In this document: positions 1-5,013 of the stretch, piece by piece | How the letters are laid out: each line of letters starts with the position of its first letter | Numbering within the stretch: the first letter of the stretch is position 1 | Source: Octopus sinensis | Taxonomy: Eukaryota | Direction: 5' to 3' | Assembly: GCF_006345805.1 (NCBI RefSeq) | Contig: NW_021830248.1 | Location: 1 to 5,013, forward strand | Length of the DNA stretch: 5,013 nucleotides | Translations under genes and position numbers: made by a program | Notes under the pieces: generated by a model | What the model was told of the DNA's origin: nothing | The model's database searches: none | The model's input: only the letters and a program-made list of their open reading frames with translations

Positions 1-17
1 ACGCATATATATATATC

Positions 18-51
<34 letters not shown>

Positions 52-489
52 ATGCACTTACATATATACTCATATTCATATACACATGCATAAATATATA
101 TACATGTTACATACGTATATCTCATACATATATAAATATATGTAAACGCATACACACACGTATATACATATATGTGTGTGTGTATATATATATATATATA
201 TACATATACATACAAACACACACACACCCACACACACACATATATATATATATAATATATACATATGTATATATATGTATATATATATATATACTTGTAT
301 ATGGATGTATGTACGTATGTATGCATGTATGTATGCATATATATATGTACGCATGTATGTATGCATGCATGTATGTATTTATGTATGTATTTATGTATGT
401 ATTTATGTATGTATGTATGTATGTATGTATGCAAGTATGTATGTATGCATGTATGGATGTATGCATGTATGGATGTATGTATGTATGTG
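1..489. repeat. Compound microsatellite / low-complexity tract: (TA)n, (CA)n, (TACA)n, then (TATG)n
   Basis: Direct reading: TA runs at 5-52 and 183-202, CA run at ~216-240, TATG tetramer array at ~297-489. The five overlapping Y/I/C/M/V/H-rich ORFs here are translations of the repeat. Confidence 0.97.
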
Positions 490-559
490 ATTTTATTAAT
501 TAATATTTTTAAGCTTCAAGACACGTAAGCACAAGGATTGGTTCGGTGGAAGTCATTGA

Positions 560-1072
560 GAAATATCTAAGTTCCCGGAGACTTCAAGCATAAATTGTAC
601 CAGGAATTGATTAATTCTAATTTATATGAAAAGGAGCATTTGACAAACTGAAGAATCACTGAAGCATCATAATTCAATATTGCAGAGATATTATGGAACC
701 ATGAAGAACGCATGGCGATTGAGTCTTTCAACAGATATTAAATTGGCTTTAGATAAAAAGGATTTCAAACAAAACAATGCCACTTAAATCAGATATTTGG
801 TCCACGCCAATCATCTGTTTCAGGACGGTGAAGTCGATATCTTTGTCCACTATCGCACAACAGGTAATTTGTTCAGTCTGAGCTGCTTCAAAATTAAAAC
901 AAAAACCTTCATAGTTCTAGCTAACCATTTGTTCTACGCTGACAAATGTAATTTTGTGACACTCGCAGAACAAGATATTCGAAAAATAATGGAACTCTTC
1001 ACCAGTACTTTTACTTCTTTTGAATTTACAATTAGTCTAAAGAAATCTAAGGTGAGTGTTTACGACAGCCAA
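560..1072 (+). mobile_element. Decayed RTE-clade non-LTR retrotransposon (host LINE), reverse transcriptase core, segment 1
   Basis: ORF 797-1126 reads DIFVHYRTTGNLFSLSCFKIKTKTFIVLANHLFYADKCNFVTLAEQDIRKIMELFTSTFTSFEFTISLKKSKV. This fits the RTE-type pattern I recall, YRTDGKLFNLxRLxAKTK...LLFADDCAL...LQRLMDRF...FGLTISLKKTEV, with catalytic YADD decayed to YADK. The same frame upstream (from 659) gives SILQRYYGTMK...KKDFKQ, weakly like SILRQLHDGMK...NGVKQG, with an in-frame stop. The left boundary is uncertain. Confidence 0.85.
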
Positions 1073-1359
1073 GATATCCTTCATCCGTGCATCCATCTTT
1101 ACGGCCCACTATTCCTGGGAGGTTAGTAGGGGTAGAGTCTTCAGGTACCTCCTTCGTAAGGTCCTATCAGAAGCAATCATCATTACACCTTCCATTACAA
1201 TTAGTCTAAATAAATCTAAGGTGGTGTTTACGACAGCCAAGATATCCTTCATCCGTGCATCCATCTTTACGGCCCACTATTCCTGGGAGGTTAGTAGGGG
1301 TAGATTCCTCAGGTACCTCCTTCGTAAGGTCCTATTAGAAGCAATTATCGTTACACTTT
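1026..1359. repeat. Head-to-tail tandem duplication, ~169-bp unit (1026-1194 and 1195-~1359)
   Basis: Both units run TTACAATTAGTCTAAA...GTTTACGACAGCCAAGATATCCTTCATCCGTGCATCCATC...AGAAGCAAT(C/T)ATC(A/G)TTACAC, with a few substitutions and a 1-bp indel. Confidence 0.97.
1073..1194 (-). mobile_element. Duplicated 3' end of the antisense Rex3/Expander-like RTE LINE (part of tandem unit 1)
   Basis: Near-identical to 1241-1359, including the decayed (GATG)n tail. Confidence 0.8.
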
Positions 1360-1799
1360 GCTGCTAGATTTCCGAGCGTGACTAACTGAGATCCTGAATA
1401 TTATCCAACCATCTCGTCCTTGATCTACTCCTAGTTCTCCTGTTGGTCGGTTCGGCTTGAAGAATCCGTCTTGTGATTCTTTCCTGTGACATGTCTGTAG
1501 TACCAGAGCTGTGTCTTCTCAATGCAGTGAAGCAACGACTCGACCGTCAGAGACTCCCTAATCTCAAAGCTATGCACTCTGTTTCGAACAAGTTTACTCC
1601 AGAGATCCCTTGGAGGAACTGCATTTCGGCCACCTGTATTCACGATTGCATTCTTTTAGTCATCAACCAACGTTTATGACCGTAAGTGAGGACAGACGCG
1701 AAATCCAGATTAAAGAATGCAAGTTTGGCATTTTTTACCAACTTCTCCTCTTCTGAGGATTGAACGCTGGAGCTGGTGCACCAACAATACTACATCCAA
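1229..1799 (+). other. Probable 12-bp target-site duplication of the Rex3-like insertion (1229-1240 and 1788-1799; the left copy also occurs at 1061-1072)
   Basis: TACGACAGCCAA vs TACTACATCCAA (10/12 identical), located where host-LINE similarity stops and resumes. Confidence 0.65.
1241..1787 (-). mobile_element. 5'-truncated Rex3/Expander-like RTE LINE (C-terminal coding region plus GATG-type tail), antisense to the host LINE
   Basis: Minus-strand translation across frameshifts and stops: HQLQRSILRRGEVGK / AKLAFFNLDFASVLTYGHKRWLMTKRMQS*IQVAEMQFLQGISGV / RVHSFEIRESLTVESLLHCIEKTQLWYYRHVT / RTRSRSRTRWLDNIQDLS*SR...LRNLPLLTSQE*. This matches the Rex3-type C-terminus I recall (LTYGHExWVMTERxRSRIQAAEMxFLRR...IRExLxVEPLLLxIERSQLRWxGH...RPRGRPRTRW...LPPRP). 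It ends in GATGGATGCACGGATG, a decayed (GATG)n tail. Confidence 0.88.
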
Positions 1800-2120
1800 A
1801 TCAACTGCACGTAGAACCAAATATAGTTTTCTAAATGACTACTCTTGATTTAGGGAGGTTTTTTTTTGTTTACCTTCGCAGTTCTCTCTCCAGGAATGGA
1901 TTCTTAAGTTATGAGATCAACTTGAAAATTGAAAAGATTCCAGTTGCACTTGGAACGTTCGAAAAGTAAATTTGATCAAGTTGAGGCTTGAAGCTTCCCA
2001 GCAAGCTATTCGTTTAGGACGCTTGTACCATCACTCCCTTGCCATACTCGTCTGAAATATGGATGACATCAAGATCTGAAGAAGATTTCCACCAAAAGTG
2101 ATTAAGATGTATATTAAACA
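1788..2120 (+). mobile_element. Decayed RTE-clade host LINE, segment 2 (post-RT region)
   Basis: One frame from 1802: QLHVEPNIVF*MTTLDLGRFFFVYLRSSLSRNGFLSYEINLKIEKIPVALGTFEK*I*SS*GLKLPSKLFV*DACTITPLPYSSEIWMTSRSEEDFHQK*LRCILN. This fits the RTE pattern PYxEPxI...FxYLGSTLS...EIxxRIxKASxAFGxL...W...TKxxVYxACV...LLYxSETW...FHQxCLRxILNI. Six in-frame stops explain its absence from the ORF track. It directly continues segment 1. Confidence 0.87.
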
Positions 2121-2638
2121 CTAGCAGTATCGCCCGGCGTTGCTCGGGTTTGTAAGGGAAATAACTATATAAGCATTTTTAGAGAGTTACTTCCCTTATA
2201 GATGCCAATTCGGGCTTTCTTAGCCATTTCTGTTTTGGTGTCTTCAAGCCATGAAGTCGTTGTTCTAAAAGAACGCTGGTCTCCTTGACAACGCATTACG
2301 ACGTTGATTTCCTTAACTCCCTTCCCCACAGCTTCACGAGGGAGGGAGAAAGGGGGAGAAGCAAACACAGGTGCAGGTGTTTGAGCGTGGACGCCAACTC
2401 CGCCGCCATCGACACACGATGCATTTTATGCATTAAAATGGAATAAAAAATGATGTTAAATTATTTTTTAAATCGTAGACTCATCGTTGACGCGCGCTAA
2501 TAGTCAGACGGGCTCGATATGAATCACGACTATAAGATACCCGAATTTGGTTAAACTGCACCGCAAAATGTGGGAGTAGTTAGGAATCTAAATCGAAGGG
2601 GACAGACACTCACACAACTACAGTTTTATATATATAGA
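2121..2638 (-). mobile_element. Non-autonomous Helitron-like element, copy 1 (~520 bp)
   Basis: The minus strand begins TC (TCTATATATATAAAACTG...) and ends CTAG. A GC-rich hairpin CCCGAGC-AAC-GCCGGG (+ 2133-2148) lies 8 nt before the CTAG. It sits between A and T with no long TSD. Both ends are shared with 4301-4697, and it interrupts the host LINE. No Rep/helicase coding sequence. Confidence 0.8.
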
Positions 2639-2640
2639 TA

Positions 2641-2690
2641 TCAGTCGGAAAGCTTTTACACCTGACAAAGAAGAATTGTCTTATTACCGT
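2641..2690 (+). mobile_element. Host RTE LINE, short segment 3 resuming after the Helitron-like insertion
   Basis: Joining 2120 to 2641 gives ILNISRKAFTPDKEEL, plausible for the RTE motif ILNIxWxxxxPxxEVL. Short and diverged. Confidence 0.5.
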
Positions 2691-2734
2691 ACTCTCCAGG
2701 ATACTAGCCGATGTCCTGTATAATATAAACATGT

Positions 2735-2980
2735 TGTGGGTGTATATGGTTGTGTGTCTGTTTCCTCCCCCCCCCCAACCCAACATCGCTTGACAACCGA
2801 TGGTGGTGTGTTTACGCCCCCGTAACTTAGCGGTTCGGCAAAAGAGACCGATAGAATAAGTACTAGGCTTACAAAGAATAAGTCCTGAGGGGGGGTGGGG
2901 GGGAGGTCGATTTGCTCGACTAAAGGCGGTGCCCCAGCATGGCCGCAGTCAAATGACTAAAAAAAGAGTAAAAGAGAAAG
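2735..2980 (+). mobile_element. 3' half of tRNA-derived SINE family A (5'-truncated)
   Basis: 2780-2976 is the reverse complement of ~3422-3614, including the block GTAACTTAGCGGTTCGGCAAAAGAGACCGATAGAATAAGTACTAGGCTTACAAAGAATA. It ends in an (AAAAGAGT)n-like tail and begins in a decayed TG-rich tract. Confidence 0.88.
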
Positions 2981-3019
2981 TACAAGAGCAGAATCTGAAA
3001 CCTTTCATTGAGGATGTAC

Positions 3020-3168
3020 TATACTGGTACTTTATTGCATGGACCTCGAAATGATAAAAAGTTAAAGTCGGCCTCAGTGTCATTTGAACCCAGTGCATAA
3101 AGAACCAAAAGAAACACTGCTAAACATTTTCTTCGGAGCAGTAATTATCCCGCCAGCTTACTGCTTTT
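3020..3168 (-). mobile_element. Decayed tRNA-derived SINE family B (possibly Meta-domain type), copy 1
   Basis: The minus strand has an A-box-like TGGCGGGATAA (3145-3155) and a B-box-like GGGTTCAAAT (3082-3091). 3025-3093 aligns with 3254-3321. The body resembles the GGTCGACTxxGCCTTTCATCCT...GGTCGATAAAATxAGTACC domain I recall from Meta/Sauria-type SINEs. Confidence 0.6.
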
Positions 3169-3184
3169 AGAATAATTTTTTTGA

Positions 3185-3330
3185 CCATGGACACCATGCC
3201 TGAGTTTTAGGGGTGAAGGGTCAAGTCGATTGCAATGATCCCCAGTGCTCGAAAGGTACTTATTTTATCGACCCTGAAAAGATAAAAGGCAAAGACGACC
3301 TTGGGTGGAATTTGAACTCAGAACGTTAAA
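3185..3330 (-). mobile_element. Decayed SINE family B, copy 2 (body and 3' part, A-box region not evident)
   Basis: Minus strand GAGTTCAAATTCCACCCAAGGTCGTCTTTGCCTTTTATCTTTTCAGGGTCGATAAAATAAGTACC: B-box-like motif (3310-3319) followed by the conserved domain. Homologous to 3025-3093. Confidence 0.65.
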
Positions 3331-3616
3331 CCAGGAGCACAACCAGAGACGGTAAAAATTTGTAAAATATGTGGACCATGAGCATAATTGAATTTACACG
3401 CCTTGGGATCGAACTTTCTCTTATACTCTTTTACTCTTTTACTTGTTGCTGTCACTTGACTGCGGCCATGATGGAGCACCGCCTTTAGTCGAGCAAATCG
3501 ACCCCAGGACGTATTCTTTGTAAGCCTAGTACTTATTCTATCGGTCTCTTTTGCCGAACCGCTAAGTTACAGGGACGTAAACACACCAGTATCGGTTGTC
3601 AAGGGATGTTGGGGGA

Positions 3617-3626
3617 ACATACACAG

Positions 3627-3660
<34 letters not shown>

Positions 3661-3676
3661 ACATATAAGTATATAC
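3617..3676. repeat. (CA)n(TA)n microsatellite internal to the SINE
   Basis: ACACACACACACACATATATATATATACATATA read directly. Confidence 0.9.
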
Positions 3677-3774
3677 GACGGGCTTCTTTCAGTTTCCGTC
3701 TACCAAATCCACTCACAGGGCTTTGGTCGGCCCGAGGCTATTGTAGAAGACACTTGCCCAAGGTGCCACGCAGT

Positions 3775-3828
3775 GGGACTGAACCCGGAACCATGTGGTT
3801 GGTAAGCAATCTACTTACCATAAAGCCA
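3775..3828 (-). promoter_or_regulatory. Internal RNA polymerase III promoter (A and B boxes) of the SINE
   Basis: A box TGGCTTTATGGT (3817-3828) and B box GGTTCAGTCCC (3775-3785), with tRNA-like spacing of ~31 nt. Activity unknown. Confidence 0.65.
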
Positions 3829-4093
3829 CTCCTGCGTCGAAGAAATAAGAGGTTTTTGTTGTTAAGATCCTGTTATTTAATCCTCGTATTTATCAACCCT
3901 GGTTAAAGACGTTCCAGCTGTGACCAATTCCTTTTTTTTTTTTTAGGCATGGTGTATCTACGATTACATTATTCAATTTATCTCTGCTTACTTGAAGATA
4001 GTTAGTAGGGTGATGGCTATTTGGGTGCTTTTTCTAGCAGATCGAGTGATCACGTACAGGCTCCTTTCATTAACTCCGAATAAGAAATATATC

Positions 4094-4135
4094 GTGTGGC
4101 AAAAAGCTCGCTTCCCAACCACATGGTTCCGGGGT
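4094..4135 (+). mobile_element. Short fragment of a SINE family A head
   Basis: CCAACCACATGGTTCCGGG (4115-4133) is the exact reverse complement of 3784-3802, and weaker similarity extends to GTGTGG at 4094. Confidence 0.7.
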
Positions 4136-4160
4136 TTGGATGTTTTTTTTTTATTGCATA

Positions 4161-4300
4161 TATATTTTTTACCTTCTGTGTTTTTTTATATATGTATTCT
4201 TTATATGTTGAAAGGCCATGGTAATATTTATATATGATCAAATGTTTGCGTTGGCTCGAATTTGATGTTTGTTCACTGATCAATGTTTTATATATATATA
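4161..4300 (+). repeat. Direct repeat copy A (~140 bp), left flank of Helitron-like copy 2
   Basis: Matches 4698-4838 with three substitutions (CTGTG/CTATG, GAATTTG/GAATCTG, TTCACTG/TTCTCTG) and a one-base T-run difference. Confidence 0.96.
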
Positions 4301-4697
4301 CTAACAGTATCGCCCGGCATTGCTCGGGTTTGTAAGGGAAATAACTATATAAGCATTTTTAGAGAGTTATAGCAAAAAATTAGCAAAAAAATGCATTAAA
4401 AATGGAAAAAAAATGATGGTAATTTTTTTTTAATTCGTTGACTCATCGTAGACATTTTTAAAGAGTTACTTCCCTTATATAATAGCGAAAAAATGCATTA
4501 AAATGGAAAAAAATGATGGTAATTTTTTTTTTTAATCGTAGACTCATCGTAGACGCGAGCTAATACCCAGAAGGGCTCGATATGAATCACGACTATAAGA
4601 TACCCGGTTTTGGTTAAACTGCACCGCAAAATGTGGAAGTAGTTAGGAATCTAAATCGTAGGAGACAGACACACAACTTGACTTTTATATATAAAGA
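4301..4697 (-). mobile_element. Non-autonomous Helitron-like element, copy 2 (~400 bp), with an internal ~100-bp tandem duplication
   Basis: 4301-4368 matches 2121-2188 and 4493-4697 matches 2428-2638. The minus strand starts TC and ends TTAG (CTAG variant), with the hairpin at 4313-4328. It sits between A and T. Internal units are 4354-4452 and 4453-4554. Confidence 0.8.
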
Positions 4698-4819
4698 TAT
4701 ATTTTTTTACCTTCTATGTTTTTTTATATATGTATTCTTTATATGTTGAAAGGCCATGGTAATATTTATATATGATCAAATGTTTGCGTTGGCTCGAATC
4801 TGATGTTTGTTCTCTGATC

Positions 4820-4838
<19 letters not shown>
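4698..4838 (+). repeat. Direct repeat copy B (~140 bp), right flank of Helitron-like copy 2
   Basis: See copy A; runs into a (TA)n tract. Confidence 0.96.

Positions 4839-4858
<20 letters not shown>
4828..4858. repeat. (TA)n microsatellite
   Basis: About 15 perfect AT dinucleotides. Confidence 0.97.
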
Positions 4859-4860
<2 letters not shown>

Positions 4861-5013
4861 GATGAAAGAAAGAAAATGGAGAATTATGGATGTATAAATA
4901 ATTTATTTGTATGATTTAATGAGGTTGAAAGTATATTTTTATAAAAACATACAGATAAATTATAAATTATAAAGCTCTAAAAGAAATGGCAGATTATTAT
5001 TTCTATAATAAAT

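Larger units (their letters stand above)
3418..3838 (-). mobile_element. Apparently full-length tRNA-derived SINE family A (CORE-like segment, internal microsatellite, AAAAGAGT tail)
   Basis: Minus strand: tRNA-like head CGCAGGAGTGGCTTTATGGTAAG...CCGGGTTCAGTCCC, then GGCACCTTGGGCAAGTGTCTT (similar to the CORE start GTGACCTTGGGCAAGT), an internal (TA)n(TG)n tract, a 3' body matching 2780-2976, and a tandem 8-mer tail at 3418-3445. Confidence 0.9.

Noticed and set aside
76-528. Five overlapping ORFs of 87-114 aa on both strands
   Set aside because: Stop-free translations of TA/CA/TATG microsatellites (YI, VC, MYVC repeats); not genes.
797-1359. RT fragment next to a repeat pair as a DGR- or retron-like system
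   Set aside because: The RT is a dead eukaryotic RTE-LINE type. The repeats are a simple tandem duplication whose differences are not adenine-specific.
797-1367. ORFs 797-1126 and 1056-1367 as functional proteins
   Set aside because: The first is a decayed RT fragment (YADK, non-ATG start) running into antisense LINE sequence. The second is a chance read-through of the tandem duplication.
1431-1679. ORFs 1431-1643 (-) and 1473-1679 (+)
   Set aside because: The minus ORF is a frameshifted piece of the Rex3-like LINE, and the plus ORF is its antisense shadow.
3760-3838. tRNA gene
   Set aside because: A and B boxes are present, but I see no convincing cloverleaf and the sequence continues into a SINE body.
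3409-3841. TCGAA on both sides of the full-length SINE as a TSD
   Set aside because: Only 5 bp and not flush with the tail; compatible with chance.
2165-4283. Short ORFs 2165-2368, 3596-3805, 3992-4237 and 4050-4283
   Set aside because: They lie within or across Helitron-like, SINE and low-complexity sequence and show no recognisable domain.
4161-4838. LTR element or TRIM interpretation of the direct repeats
   Set aside because: No TG...CA termini, primer-binding site or polypurine tract. The interior occurs independently at 2121-2638 without these flanks.
1-5013. CRISPR array or prokaryotic operon
   Set aside because: No regularly spaced repeat-spacer structure and no intact genes. The content is typical of animal non-coding DNA.

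Overview
AT-rich eukaryotic non-coding DNA made almost entirely of repeats. The SINE families and long TA/CA/TATG microsatellites resemble those I recall from Octopus (coleoid cephalopod) genomes; this is recognition from memory, not a database result. No intact protein-coding gene is supported. The main structure is a nested transposon graveyard. An old + strand RTE-clade LINE (RT and downstream region, ~560-2690) is split by a 5'-truncated antisense Rex3/Expander-like RTE LINE with a probable 12-bp target-site duplication, by a later 169-bp tandem duplication spanning that junction, and by a non-autonomous Helitron-like element at an A|T site. Downstream lie two inverted copies of a tRNA-derived SINE, two decayed copies of a second SINE, and a second Helitron-like copy flanked by an unusual ~140-bp near-identical direct repeat. 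I see no evidence for a new multi-gene system. The most unusual observations are the long duplication around the second Helitron-like copy and the different interiors of the two copies.
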